From Octopus vulgaris (Eukaryota), in the NCBI GenBank assembly GCA_951406725.2, contig OX597814.1, positions 174,468,001-174,532,000 on the forward strand: a stretch of 64,000 nucleotides of DNA, given 5' to 3'. Below the pieces are notes generated by a model. The model made no database searches. It was not told the origin of the DNA and saw only the letters and a program-made list of their open reading frames with translations. This document shows, in pieces, positions 11,968-25,483 of the stretch. How positions within the stretch are numbered: the first letter of the stretch is position 1; each line of letters starts with the position of its first letter. The position numbers and the translations under genes were made by a program.

Positions 11968-12774
11968 AGGTAACTATAATCTCGGAGAAATTAGCGTTGG
12001 CCTGTTGCTAAAATAAAGAGAAGGGGCCTGCTAAAAGGGACAGAACCCTCATCCCAATCGAACATCTGTTATTTTAGGAATATTTGTGAGAAGAGCAATC
12101 TGGGTTTTCGGACATTCTCATTCCTCTGAGAAAAAAAATTGAACTTTCTAGTGGCGGTGGATTAGATGGTACTTTGAAAATACAGGGGCAAAGCGAAAAG
12201 AAAAGAGGTAAACATATGAAATGAGTGTAGGTAATGTATTTTTTAGAAAGTGAATTTCCTTCAGTATATCGCCTACACCCTTGTATTTCCAAGTAACTAG
12301 AAATCACTAGACGTAAATAAAGTTTGGTGAGTGTATGGAGAGAATAGGGAAAAATTGTACGGGTTTGTAAATAGAAGTACTCTCTCTATCTTAACCGTCA
12401 TATTGTTCTTATCTATTCTCGGTTTCTTTTTTAAACTGTTTCCAAACATCATATTTCCGTTTTCATGGCATATGAATTTGTCTACACTGAACTTCACTAT
12501 AATTTTTGCTGAAGCAGACCACCACCAGTTACATCGGACACATGTTATGAACGTTATTTGTCTCCTTTCCATACCCTTACTCTCATTCTCACAATAGTTT
12601 GTCTTTTCGCTCTATAAATCATATTGATTTCTTAGAAGGGATAAAAGCTATTGATGTCTAGGGGAGCAAAACTGAGCTTGACGATCACCATAAACTACAG
12701 CATCGATTCCCGATTTCGTCTCTCAAAAAGGAAAATTCACTTAAGTTGTAATAGACATTTATCATAATTTCTTT

Positions 12775-13193
12775 GGATCTTTTCGGTTTGAACGGCAGTT
12801 TTTAAAAATAATTTCCACGTAACTAAACACTTTTAAACTTCGTATACTGGTAGAATGTGTTTATAAAACATCTTTTTCTCTTGGCTTTATTGAGAAAATT
12901 CTATTGTTTGTAAGATATTTGTTGTTTTTTCTTCAATTTCTGCAATTTCAACCAACCAATGACGTCTATTGAGGTGAAAACATTCTGTACCGTATGAATA
13001 TGTCCCTCGTTTAAGAAACAGATTGGGTTTATTTACATTTCTGAAGAAAACAAGATACCCTTCCCCCATCCCTAACCCTAACTAACCCTAAAACAGATTG
13101 AAATGCAATAGATCGATACTAGAGTCATAATTATGGGTGACAATTTCATATGACACCGCTAGAAAAAACCTGCTGTTCAAACCGAAAAGATCC
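12775..13193. mobile_element. MITE with GGATCTTTTCGGTTTGAAC TIRs (possibly Merlin-like)
   Basis: ~29-bp TIRs, TTTCTTT on both flanks, internal CCCTAA units at 13070-13091. Confidence 0.85.
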
Positions 13194-13650
13194 TTTCTTT
13201 ATTTTCTCATATATAAATTTCTTGAGAAGCAGACAAACAAGATAGTTTCGATTCTCAACTTGAATAGTTTGCTATTGTTAACGGCACGACGTGCCATTTT
13301 CTCTTCGTCGGCAATTTATTTGTCATAGGACATATTTCCGGGTGTAATTAATAAAATATTGTTGTGTCTGAGGAGAGTCGTTTTCTTTTTGTGTCTTATA
13401 ATGTAACACACTCACCGGTAAAATTTCTACTAATTCCTTATTTTTATTTTCCTAAAATTTTCGTTGCGTCTTGCAACCTTTTCAATAGTCTTGACTCTGT
13501 CCGTTGTTTACACTGCGCTCCTTTTTGTTTGTTTGTGCACATGTGTGTGGGTCAATGTGTATGTGTGTGCCTATGCAATTATAATTTTAAACAAATTAAT
13601 ATCGTCGTTAAAAAGAAAACAACAAGCAAAAAAAATAATGAACAAAGTCA

Positions 13651-13791
13651 TAGGCGTAGGAGTGGCTGTGTGGTAAGTAGCTTGCTTACGAACTAGTCTC
13701 ACTGCGTGGCACCTTGGGCAAGTGTCTTCTACTATAGCCTCGGGCTGACCAATGCCTTGTGAGTGGATTTGGAAACTGAAAGAAGCCAGTC

Positions 13792-13833
<42 letters not shown>

Positions 13834-14033
13834 CTGTGTTTGTCCCCCCAACATCGCTTGACAACTGATGCTGGTGTATTTACGTCCCTGTAACTTAGCG
13901 GTTCGGCAAAGGAAACCGATAGAATAAGTACTAGGCTTATAAAGAATAAGTCCCGGGGTCAATTTGCTCGACTAAAGGCGGTGCTCCGGCATGGCCACAG
14001 TCAAATGACTGAAACAAGTAAAAAGAGTAAAGT
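13651..14033 (+). mobile_element. SINE family B
   Basis: Homology to other copies, small head deletions. Confidence 0.9.
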
Positions 14034-14476
14034 AAGAAAATGTTTCAGATTTTGACAAAAGGTCAACAAATGATGAAGTGGGAGTCTATTACATTGACCC
14101 TAGTGCGCAGATTCTACCAGCCCGCCACCTTTTTAATGATAATCCTTTTTCTATAGACTCAAGGCCTCAAATTTTGGAGGAGGGGGCTAGTTGAATACAT
14201 CAACTCCACAGTTCAACTGGTACTGTATTTTTTTTTATCAACCTCAACGGAATTTGAACTCGGAACATAAAGCCAGAAGAAATGCTGCTAGGCTTTTTGT
14301 CCGCAATTCTGCCAGCTCATCACCTACGTAACAACTCAATCAAACTATAAAGAATGACCATAAATAACATCCTCATGACAAATATAAGTTGGTTACAGCA
14401 CAGTCTAAAAAATTTCTTCTGCTATAGTTTTTCAAAGTGAAAGTGGCATTGTGTATTCCTTAGTCTAATATATATT

Positions 14477-14790
14477 GTGAAGGCGCGTGGCTTGGTGGTT
14501 AGGGCATTCGGCTCAAGATTGTAAGGTCATGAGTTCAATTCCCGGCAATGCATTGTGTCCTTGAGCAAGACACTTTATTTCACATTGCTCCAGTCCACTC
14601 AGCTGGCAAAAATGAGTTGTACCCATATTTCAAAGGGCCGGCCTTGTCGCGCTGTATCTCCTTGAGAACTACTTTAGGGATACACGTGTCTATAGATTGC
14701 TCAGTCACTTGCGTGTTAATTTCACGAGCAAGCTGTTCCGTTGATCGTATCAGTTGGGACCCTCGTTGCCGTAACCGATGGAGTGCTCCT
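14477..14790 (+). mobile_element. tRNA/CORE-like SINE family D
   Basis: A-box TGGCTTGGTGG, B-box GAGTTCAATTCC, CCTTGAGCAAGACACTT; relatives at 7119-7340, 24810-24990, 32770-33095(-). Confidence 0.8.
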
Positions 14791-14929
14791 GTAGTTCGTT
14801 TCACACTCACATAGTCTGGAGTTCAGTCCCTCTGCGTGGTATCTTGGACATGCGCATTTTACTATAGCTTCAGGTTAACCTAAAGCGGTGGTTCTCTACA
14901 GGAGTCCATATAAGATTTTTGAGGGTCTA

Positions 14930-15430
14930 TCATCATCATCATTTAACATCTGTTTTCCATGCTAGCATGGGTTGGATGGTTTTTCAGGTGCTGGCAAGCC
15001 GGAGAGCTGCACCAGGCTCTAGTTGTTTTGGCATGGTTTCTATGGTTGGCTGCCCTTCCTAACACCAACCACTTAAGACATGACACCGACATGCATGGCA
15101 CCAGCACCAGCCATTCAAGAATTTGAACCTGGAGATCTCCATTTCCAGCGACTTCAAGGGCCACCTCCCAGTGGTATCAGGCGTCAACAAAGAATCCTCA
15201 ACTACAACAAGACGGCCAAAGTTTTTTTTTTCCAAGGTCTGGAGTCTCCCGCCCCTCAGCCCTAGACGATCACCTAACCACCCTTAACCGTCTTGTTGCT
15301 TAACAACAACAACAACAGCACCAGCATCAGTGCTATTACATGACACCAACACGGGCGTTTTATATGTAGCACCTGCACAGGTGCTTTTCACGTGGCACCG
15401 GTACTTTTTATATGTGGTACCGGTATGGGC
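14930..15430 (-). mobile_element. RTE-related non-autonomous retroelement family C, nested in a hAT-like MITE (14885-15668)
   Basis: (GAT)n tail on minus strand, GCCCTTCCTAAC.CCAACCAC core; MITE halves resemble 38384-38628. Confidence 0.65.
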
Positions 15431-15954
15431 TAATGCAAGAAAGTCCATGAAAGAAATTTTGATTAAGATGAATTTATTGCAAGAAACAGCTAGGTTTATT
15501 TCTCTAACGTTTTACATAGTTTAACCTACACATGTGAATGTGTGAAAAGCAAAATAAGTATTTTGAAAGAACTATATATTTTCTAAACATTGAATGGCCA
15601 CGGGTGTCTATCCAAGTAAAATGGTAGTCAGAGGGGTCCATAGGTTAAAAAATTGCTGACACCCACTGACCTTGTGAGTGAAATTGGGTAAATGGAAACT
15701 ACACGGAAGCCTGTCAGATGGATTGTACCTGTAATCCAGAGATCCAGCTATGTATTTTGTCAGACTGATTCTACCTGAGAGCTATATTATAGGTACACTT
15801 GCCATTTGGAATACTCAAGCCACTTAAATGCAAATTCAATGAATGAAGGTAAGTTCAGTCAAAACTGATGCAGATCCATTTACGCTATAAGACAAAATAA
15901 TTCATGCTATATGATTTAGTTCAAGGGTTCTCCATTTTTTTATATCTATGGACC

Positions 15955-16917
15955 TGTAGCATACACTTAAGGGAAATTCCTCTCTGTTATATATACAGAC
16001 GAACGTAGTGGAGAACAGCTAGCCTTTGGCTGCATTTTTGACCCTGTTGTGTCCACTACTCTGATTGGTTGGTATTAGTGCAACTTGTCTCTTGCTCCAT
16101 TGCATGCCAATATGCAACCCAATCAATCACAGCCTTCAAATAAGTTCATGTAAGACAGTCTGTTCTCAACCCTAGTTTGAGCCAACTGCTCCCTATACTA
16201 CTCCAGCTTTGCATCGTCTCGATGTCTTTGGTTCCAGACCTTTTAAGGTCTAGCCACTGACCACAAAAGACAGCCAGTTCCAGCGACAATGCCAGACAAC
16301 AACACTCATCCAACAGTATTACGGCAATCTCTTTCGTCGTCGCCATCATCATCTTAATGTTGTCAACATCATCTCTCTACGTACACAGCAACTTGCACAG
16401 GTTCTAACAACACTGTTCATTAATTACTTCACCATGGTTAACAGCAAATACAACCTGTGAGAACTCCTGTACCAAGTGATCCAGGAAGCAGCATCGCAGC
16501 CACAACTTCACGTATGACTTGTACCTCAACTGGCTCTGCATCGCAGCCACAACTTCACATACGACGTACCTCAACCGGCTCTGCATCATCACCGCAACTT
16601 CTTGATGCAGCATTTCAACTATCGTGTACAATTGACTACAAACTGGTATTTCTCATTCTTGTGTCTATGAACATTCTTCTAACTTCTCATTATACTCTTT
16701 CAATGCTCTGTACTTGATGCACTCACAGTCACATATGTTAACATAAAAATTCTGTATACCTGACGCACACACTGTCAAAAATTCTGTATACCTGACGCAC
16801 ACACTGTCACACATGTTAACATATCAGTATTCTGTATACTTGACACACACACCGTCACACAGATTAACTTATCAATAAATCCTCTCTTAAACATACTACC
16901 CGGTTCTGTCTTCCACA
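15955..16917 (+). mobile_element. Possible solo LTR with internal tandem repeats
   Basis: TG...CA ends, CCAAT boxes, AATAAA at ~16874, ~47-bp repeats 16490-16600; no TSD found. Confidence 0.4.
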
Positions 16918-17173
16918 ATAGCCTGGCTCCAACCAATGCTTTGTAAGTGAATTCAGTTGATGGAAAGTATGTAGAATCTTGTTGTGTGTGTGTGTGTCTA
17001 TGTTTGCCCAACACACTCATTCATATTGCTTGACAACCATTAGGTGTTAGTCTGTGTATGTCCCTAAGAAAAAAGTAAGTACTGGGATTAATTTGTTTAA
17101 CTAAGCCCTTCAAGGAGGTGCCCCAGTATGGCCACAGTTCAGTGACTGACACAAAAGACAGAAGATATATGCT

Positions 17174-17372
17174 TACTCTTTTATTCTTTTACCTGTTTCA
17201 GTTATTTGACTGTGGCCATGCTGGAGCACCGCCTTTTTAGTCGAACAAATCGACCCTAGGACTTATTCTTTGTAACCCTAGTACTTATTCTATCGGTCTC
17301 TTTAGCTTAACTACTAAGTTACGGGGACGTAAACACACCAGCATCAGTTATCAAGCGATGTTGGGGGTACAA

Positions 17373-17403
<31 letters not shown>

Positions 17404-17572
17404 CACATGACTGGCTTCTTTCAGTTTCCGTCAACCAGATCCACTCACAAGGCTTTGGTCGGCCAAAGGCTATAGTAGAAGACACCTGCCCAAGGTGCCA
17501 CGCAGTGGGAATGAACCCAGAACCATGTGGTTCATAAGCAAGCTACTTACCACACAGCCACTCCTATGCCTA
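17174..17572 (-). mobile_element. SINE family B
   Basis: Full-length reverse copy. Confidence 0.9.
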
Positions 17573-17866
17573 TAAAAAAATGAAAACTAGAAACTGGAAT
17601 TCAGATGTACAAAATTTCAATGCTACTGATTACAATTCATTTATCCTCTCTAAATAGATACAAATTGTCAGCCATTAGTGTTGGATAGAATGAATTGTGT
17701 ATTTGTTCTAATTATCTGCATTCTAGGTTCAAATCTTGTGAAGGTCAACTTTGGATTCTTTAAAAACCTAGGTCTTCACCCGTCACTAAGCTGCTGGTAA
17801 AAATATTTGTTAATCATGTATATAACCTTCTGTTAATAGTAGATTGTTACATAGTGAAAGTCATTA

Positions 17867-17880
17867 GTTGCTATGGTGAC
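17867..17880 (-). promoter_or_regulatory. RFX X-box
   Basis: Reverse complement GTCACC-AT-AGCAAC, perfect consensus match. Confidence 0.55.
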
Positions 17881-17967
17881 AACACTATCTTTCACACACA
17901 CATTCTTTCTCTCTCACTGAATTTCTCTTAACAACAACCTATCATTTTACTGTGTTGCGTTGATCCT

Positions 17968-18037
17968 ATGTTGAAAGACATACAGAAACATGCGAATTAC
18001 ACACACACACATACACAAGTAACTATATTGTTATATG
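17968..18037 (+). CDS. Candidate alternative first exon (MLKDIQKHANYTHTHTQVTILLY, phase 1; or Met-only ATG|GT)
   Basis: Strong donor ATG|GTAAGT, same phase as exon at 8630, between two X-boxes. Confidence 0.3.
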
Positions 18038-18116
18038 GTAAGTTTTTTTTAAGCTGTGTTACATTGTGTTGACAGACTTGTACATAAATACCTGCATTTT
18101 CAATCAAAACGTCTTA

Positions 18117-18130
18117 GTTACTATGGTGAC
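18117..18130 (-). promoter_or_regulatory. RFX X-box
   Basis: Reverse complement GTCACC-AT-AGTAAC, perfect consensus match. Confidence 0.55.
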
Positions 18131-18544
18131 AATACTATCTACCTGTCTCACTGTATTTCTCTCTCAACCTTTTCTCCTTCTCCCCTCCATGTAAATATAC
18201 ATTGTGACAGGATTATCTCCCCCTTTATCCCTTTTCATATATGTCTTGTGACAGTCAGACAGATGGAAATCAGCTTCTCTTTTATAATATAAAATTACCA
18301 ACCTTAGGCAATAGATTGGCAGAATTATAAGAATGTTGAACCAGATGCCTAGCAATATTTGTCATTGATCTTCACAGTCTAAGTTCAAATCTGGTTGTGA
18401 TGTACTTGGATGAATAGACCTAATGCATTTCCTGATTTAAAACCAATGAATGGCATCTTGAGGGTCTCTGCTAAAGCCAGAGCCCCTTCTTTTGCAAGCA
18501 TTCAGTTTTAAGATGCTTTCATCCCTCCTGCCAACCAGTCTTAA

Positions 18545-19178
18545 CCCTTTCGTTACTATATATAGGTGCAGGAGGGGCTGTGTGGTAAGTAGCTTGCTAA
18601 CCAACCACATGGTTCCGGGTTCAGTCCCACTGCGTGGCACCTTGGGCAAGTGTCTTCTACTATAGCCTCGGGCCGACCAAAGCCTTGTGAGTGGATTTGG
18701 TAGACGGAAACTGAAAGAAGCCTGTCGTATATATGTATATATATATGTATGTGTGTGTGTTTGTGTGTCTGTGTTAGTCCCCCTAGCATTGCTTGACAAC
18801 TGATGCTGGTGTGTTTATGTCCCCGTTACTTAGCAGTTCGGCAAAAGAGACCGATAGAATAAGTACTGGGTTTACAAAAGAATAAGTCCCGGGGTCGAGT
18901 TGCTCGATTAAAGGCGGTGCTCCAGCATGGCCGCAGTCAAATGACTGAAACAAGTAAAAGAGTAAAAGAGTATATTTATTTTGAGATTCTGTGTGTTTCT
19001 TTCAATTACTTTAAATATAATAGAGAATTTCATATAATAACTTAGTTATCATTAAGCTAGTGTTAGGAACATAAATTGTGACTAAGGTTTGGTGGAAGAT
19101 TTTAATTAAAAACTTATGAAAACAAGACATTTGTACTCAGAGCCAGAGCCGGTTTCATCCGGGTTGATAATGAAAGGG
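18545..19178. mobile_element. piggyBac-type MITE interrupted by SINE B (18564-18970, +)
   Basis: TTAA|CCCTTTCGTTAC ... TAATGAAAGGG|TTAA; uninterrupted paralog at 20971-21191. Confidence 0.85.
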
Positions 19179-20405
19179 TTAAAAGCCTTCTACAAAAAAA
19201 TCATGAACACTGCCTTCCTTCTTCAATACACACATACACACACCCCTACATGCAAAAATCTCTCTTGATATATTATTGCAATAACTAATGGTGGTGGTGA
19301 CGGAAAGGGATGGTTTTTATGGTAGTTGGGTTGCTAGGATGAAGATTCTAGTAATGATTAGGATGGTTTTTTTGTTTAGTCTCCAAGTCAACTCTGACTG
19401 GACAAATCTCTGATCAATGATATTCAAGTCATGATCATTTCTCTCTCTCTCTCTCTCTCTCTCCTTTATTTTTTTAATAATATTATGCCAGAATTATATT
19501 ATTCGATGTGTCTTTTCTTTTAAGACAGTGGAATGTGGTTTGAGTGAGATTTGACTGCAGTCTAGAGATCTCTCCATATAGCATCCATATAAAACAGGAG
19601 GCTTTCTTAGGTGTTTACAGTAAAAATATTGATGTCGGTTGTGGTAATGACATTGATAACGATGGCAGTACTCATGGTGGTATTCATGATAATGCGCCAA
19701 TATATAAATGTCAGCTGTTGTATAATAAATGTGGTAATGTCAACTGCAAGATCATAATAAAAATGGTGTCAGTATGCATGAGAAACAATTTTCTAGTTGT
19801 ACCACCAGCCAGTTTTCTCTTCTTTTTTTTTTTTTTTTTAATTTTGTGTGAGAAAATAAAAGTAAACTTCTTTGGCAAGCCAGCTAAGTCTGTGACACAG
19901 CTTTGATTTGTTAGTTGTTGCTATTTTTTTTTTATTGCACCTCTTGAAAATGCATGTCCTGCAGTTGTGAGTCTTTTGCTCTTCACCATCATCAAAGAAT
20001 TCATTCGACGGTGGGGAGGTGAATTAGTGTAAAGGCTTAAGATATTGCATTTTGATTTCATATGACTGCAAAAGAGACCAATAGTTAAAGTACCTAACTT
20101 AAAAATAAGTACTGGAGTTGATTTGTTTGACTGAATCCTTTAAGATTCAACATGGCCACAGTCCAATGACTGAATCGAGGAAAAGGTAAGACAAAAGAAA
20201 CTATAGATATCAAACTTTTCATAATTCCACTCTTGCACAAAATCTTTAATTGAGGATATTTTAATCTTTTTCTGTTCTCACTCACTGGACTGTTCCCATT
20301 CTGGAGCGCTATCTTCAAAGGTTATACAAACTCCAATATTCTTTTCTAGTAATAATTTTATTAACTTTCAAAGGAGTGAAAAAAAAGCAAAGTTCACATG
20401 AACAG

Positions 20406-20680
20406 TCATCATCATCATCATCATCAAGACAATGGAATTTACCATGCTATGCCAGACTTCACGGTCCATCATAGCATTACAGAGGTCGTGTTGCTTGATG
20501 CCTGTATCCCTGGAGATTACATCAAGGTAGGAGAGTGTGCGCCCTCTGGTATTGCGAGTAGATGGCTTCCAGAGGAGAAGAGTAGAAATTGCCTCGTTTT
20601 CAGCTCTACAACAATGTCCAGCAAACTGGACTCTCCTACCTTTCACAAGAGATGAACAGTCATGGTGAGAACACCTTATA
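20406..20680 (-). mobile_element. RTE-clade LINE 3' fragment
   Basis: RRVQFAGHCCRAENEAISTLLLWKP..RGRTLSYLDVISRDTG..AMMDREVW followed by (GAT)n tail. Confidence 0.8.
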
Positions 20681-20970
20681 TTTATATCCTCTATAAATAG
20701 ATAGCTTTTGATCAAATACTATGCAAATATTATTGTAATAATATAACTGTTATTAAATTGGAGTATTTTGTTGTTGATTTGTTTTTCACCCTCTTTGTTG
20801 TTGCTGTCATCTGTCTCTTTTTGTTACCTGTCAGGATTTTGTTGACAGATTTAAAGTTTTACATTTTCTAGTTCACTACTTCTCATTTCCTTAACTTTTT
20901 GATACAAATCTACTTGAAAGCCACACCCACTTCAGCTCTATGTCACAAAATCTCAGATCTTTATGTTTAA

Positions 20971-21414
20971 CCCTTTCGTTTCTGTATTTATTTTAAGATA
21001 ATCTATGTTTCTTCCAATTATTTTAAATATAACAAAGAATTTAGTAAAATAACATCGTTATCATTGAGCTAGTGTTAGGAGCATAAATTGTGACTAAGAC
21101 TTGGTGGAAGATTTGAATTCAAAACTTATGAAAACAAGACATTTATACTAAAGAGCCAAAGCCGGTTTCAGCTGCGTTGGTAACGAAAGGGTCAACCCTT
21201 TTGATACCAACCTGTCTGAGGCTGCTTCTGGTTCTGTGACAAAAAATTTCCTGTTTAAAAGTGATCTAAATTAAAACTTTCCATCAAAATTTCGTGTCAA
21301 TTATGTCCCAAATACCAGCTTAATAGCAATAGCTATTTTACTAAATTCTCCGTTATTTTCAAAAGTAATTGAAACTAAAGCATTGTATTTCAATAAAACA
21401 TGGTAACAAAAGAG
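20971..21414. mobile_element. Two related piggyBac-type MITEs in opposite orientation sharing one TTAA-derived site
   Basis: TTAA|CCC..GGG|TCAA|CCC..GAG|TTAA, junction at 21192-21195. Confidence 0.75.
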
Positions 21415-21689
21415 TTAAATGAAAGCCAATCATGAATCAAAGTTATGGTTCAAACATTAGTTTGTTAGCAGGGAAGTTAGATTTATATATTCCATCACAT
21501 TCATAATTATTTCCAAAAATGACTGGAAGATGGTGTATTTCATTAGAAATATGGTAATGCTAGCATTAAACTCTATTACTTTCATGCCATTTGTAATTTC
21601 TCTTTTGTTTGTATGGAATAAGTATTGTCTTTTATTTTTCACAATTTATCATTTAATCCAGTTAGTAAAATTTGAGTCTACAGATCATT

Positions 21690-22359
21690 CTCTTTTACTT
21701 GTTTCAGTCATTTGACTGCGGCCATGCAGGACTTATTCTTTGTAAGCATAGTACTTATTCTATTGGTCTCTTTTGCTGAACCGCTAAGTTACGGGGACAT
21801 GAACACACCAGCATCGGTTGTCAAGCGATGTTGGGGGGACAAACATAAACACACACACACATATATACGACGGGCTTCTTTCAGTTTCTGTCTACCAAAT
21901 CCACTCACACAGCTTTGGTCGGCCCGAGGCTATAGTAGAAGACACTTGCCCAAGGTGCCATGCAGTGGGACTGAACCCGGAACCATGTGGTTGGTAAGCA
22001 AGCTACTTACCACATATGTAAATGATATAGAATCAGTTAGATATCTTATAAAATCTAGTTTATGATACAAGTTCAACACTGACTTTCCAGACACTTATGG
22101 TCCCAAACCTCTGTAGTGATCCAAACTCCCACTATTAAATACTTGGTTAGACACTCTTTTGCCTGTTTCAGTCATTTGACTGCGGCCATACTGGAGCACC
22201 GCCTTTAGTCGAATCAAATCGACCCCAGGACTTATTCCTTGTAAGCTTAGTACTTATTCTATTGGTCACTTTTGCTGAACCGCTAAGTTACGGGGACCTA
22301 AACACACCAGCATCGGTTGTTAAGCGATGTTTGGGGGGGGGAGACAAACACAGATACAC

Positions 22360-22445
<86 letters not shown>

Positions 22446-22607
22446 CACGACTGGCTTCTTTTAGTTTCCATCTACCAAATCCACTCAAAAGGCTTTGGTC
22501 GGCCTGAGGCTATAGTAGAAGACACTTGCCCAAGGTACCACGTAGTGGGACTGAACCCGGAACCATGTGGTTCGTAAGCAAGCTACTTACCACACAGCCA
22601 CTCCTAC
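21690..22607 (-). mobile_element. Two SINE B copies (21690-22013, 22153-22607)
   Basis: Homology to family B. Confidence 0.9.
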
Positions 22608-23864
22608 ACTTTGAGTAAGCCACCATAGTTTCACATGGTGAATCAACAAGTCATCATGAAGCTGTGGCATGATATGACTTCTCAGATGTTTTAGAATTTA
22701 CCCTCTTTCCATTCCATAAAAACCATTTGGCACCTAGCTTAGCAGGCAGTCAACCATGAGCATTTGAAGAGAGAGAGCTCCAGACTTTTGACTTTGAAAT
22801 ATTCACAGAATGTCCCTTAAGTAGGTTTCTATGGACACAGCACTGTTTCCTCTCCTCTCAGTCAGCAATTGTATTAACATTTTCCGCTGTAAATAGCCAA
22901 CACAAATATTATGTTCACCAATAAATATTACAGCTAAAGGTTTGAGAGTTTGTTTCAGTAATTATTCATGCAGCCAACACTTTCCACATTGCTACAATAC
23001 AACACCAACAAGCACCTCGCAACAATAGTGATAAAGCCATCCACTGTGACAACAGCAACTCAGACATCACAATATATCATCAATGGCCATCTCAACACAA
23101 AATAATCAAGCAATTACACAACGCCTCTTAAAATCCACATTAATTTACAAACAGGAACTTCAAATTCCTGAAATTGCCAGACTAGTATTCTGGTACTTTA
23201 CACTGACTAGTACCTTCTATAGTACAGTATTAATAAACTTGTATCATTTATACTAATATGCAGGTATCTATATTTTATTTAATTATATAAGTTAATTTGA
23301 TATTTGTTTAATTTAGAGTGTTGGCCAAGGTGACCACACCTGGTTTAGAAAAATCAGTAATTGAGAAAGGCTTTGAAGCCAAAGCCTCAAGAAAATCAAT
23401 GCTGTACCTGTATCTACTTGTGCCTATAACAACTGTTTTTATGTCATGACTGTGAAGACAAATATTACTAACATCTCTTCTTAATATTCTAACAGAAGGA
23501 AAACTCTGGTTTGTATTATTGGCATTTAGGCCATATTTGGGACTAATCAATCAGAGGTGCTCAAATTGTGACCATCCCATCTCTAAGTATATCTATGGCT
23601 ACAGTGTACTGATCTTTATTTAAGCTGGTACGGTGTGATATGAGGGAGATTTAGCTGCTATTTCTAACAAATTAAGTGATTGTAATGTAGTAGCACCCTT
23701 GTTGGCTCAGCTTAGAAAGAATTACTTGATATTTCAGTTCCCTACATATTGATGAAATGTAGCTAAGCATACTGTTTGGTATGCTAACGAGTCTACCAAT
23801 TCATCACCTTGATAACGATGATGATGATGATGATAGGAGGATGCTGACGATGATAAAAATAATG

Positions 23865-24421
23865 ATATGTCCTGATGCAGTACCAGGCAGTGGCTTTCAA
23901 GGCTTTTGATCTTAACTGATTGGAAGTGTTATCATGTCCATTGATTTGTCTTGGTATAAAAGATGAGCTACAGCAAATATTCTGCTCCATACCACAGATT
24001 TGCTTGTCCTTTACTTGACCATAACCAGTTGAGCATGTTCTTTCGTGGCTGACGATATGTGCCATTTCTGATCATGAGCAGAAGTAGTGGGGGAGCATCA
24101 TAGCCATGTGTTGAAAGTCTTTGGTATTTAAATAATTCACCTCTGGAAACTTGGGTGTTTTGTTCATCATCCTTAAACAAACCTTATTCAGGGACCTTTT
24201 GAGCAGGTTGGGCTACTCCTCCTGAAAAAAATTCTGATTGGCCCTTCCTGCAAAGTCATGCAGTGTTTATCTTGATATAAGATCACCATATCATGCACAT
24301 ATGGTTGTGATGCATGTGCCTGGTGTATCCTTATCAGACGGGTAGTAATGATGGGTATACTGGGTTTCGTATATTTTACTCCAGTGTCACTTTGATGGCA
24401 TGCACCGCTCTCTCACTCAAT
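23865..24421. repeat. Unclassified insertion bounded by (AAT)n runs
   Basis: Higher-complexity block between AATAAT flanks; no recognisable protein motif; single copy in this window. Confidence 0.35.
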
Positions 24422-25294
24422 AATAATAATAATAATGGTTTCAAAGTTTGCCACAAGGACAGCAGTTTTGGGGGAGAAGATGAGTCGATTACCACAGCTT
24501 TCACCAATCTCCTCACTTCATTTATTACCTCTGCTCCCTCTCCCACCATTGTAATTGTCATAATATATTATTGAAACCTGTAGCTGCAGTGGAAATAAGA
24601 ACACTTACCAAATGCTTTATAAAGAACAATTATACAAGTGGATCACTAAAGTTTCACATTTCTGCTTTTAAGATGACTGGTGATGTTATCTGTATTGGTT
24701 GTATTTATTGTGGGGCAATTACATAGATAAATTGGCATGACGATACTGCAATGCTCTCATGTAAAACAACACTAGTGGTTCAGAATTAAATACACTTAAA
24801 AAAATAGTGGAGACACATTGCTTAGAGGTTAGGATGTTGAAGTCATGATTGTAAGATTGGAGTTTTGATTCTTGGACCAGGCAATTCATTGTACAAAATT
24901 CATTGGGCAAAACACTTCATTTCATGTTGCTCCTGTCCACTCAGCTGCTAAAAATGAGTAATCCTATGACAGATTGGCATCCCATCCAGGGTGGAATATA
25001 TATATAGATTTCGTTATTTTCTTTCTTTTTACCATATACGGGTTACAAATTCTGTTTGTTTGTGGAGACTTTTTTTAGTAGTAGGAGAAATAGCGATCAA
25101 TTTGGCTGCTATTTCAAATATTTTCGGTATGTGGTTTTGAGCAACTTGTTGCAATTAACCCTTTATTACAATTAATATAATTCTTACCAAATATGGTCTT
25201 TTCCATACTGATAAATCTACTAGGTGAAATTTATTAATTTTATTAAATTAATTACATTTCACCCTTTTTTGTATGTATATATATATATATATAT

Positions 25295-25483
25295 TTTATA
25301 ATTAGGGTTCAGCAAAGATTTGCTTTACCACATACCGAAGTTTAGAAATAGGAGCCAAAAAACCTTAGCTATTTCTTCTACTTTAAAAAGGGACTCCCAG
25401 AAGAAATAGCTAAGGTTTTTTGGCTGCTATTTCTAAACTTCGGTATGTGGTAAAGCAAATCTTTGCTGAACCCTAATTATAAA
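25295..25483. repeat. Foldback, ~85-bp arms (1 mismatch), 19-nt loop, within (TA)n
   Basis: Direct reverse-complement match; diverged relative at 25005-25270. Confidence 0.9.

Noticed and set aside
20283-20336. Minus-strand mini-exon KNIGVCITFEDSAPEWEQS
   Set aside because: Weak acceptor, no homology recognised.
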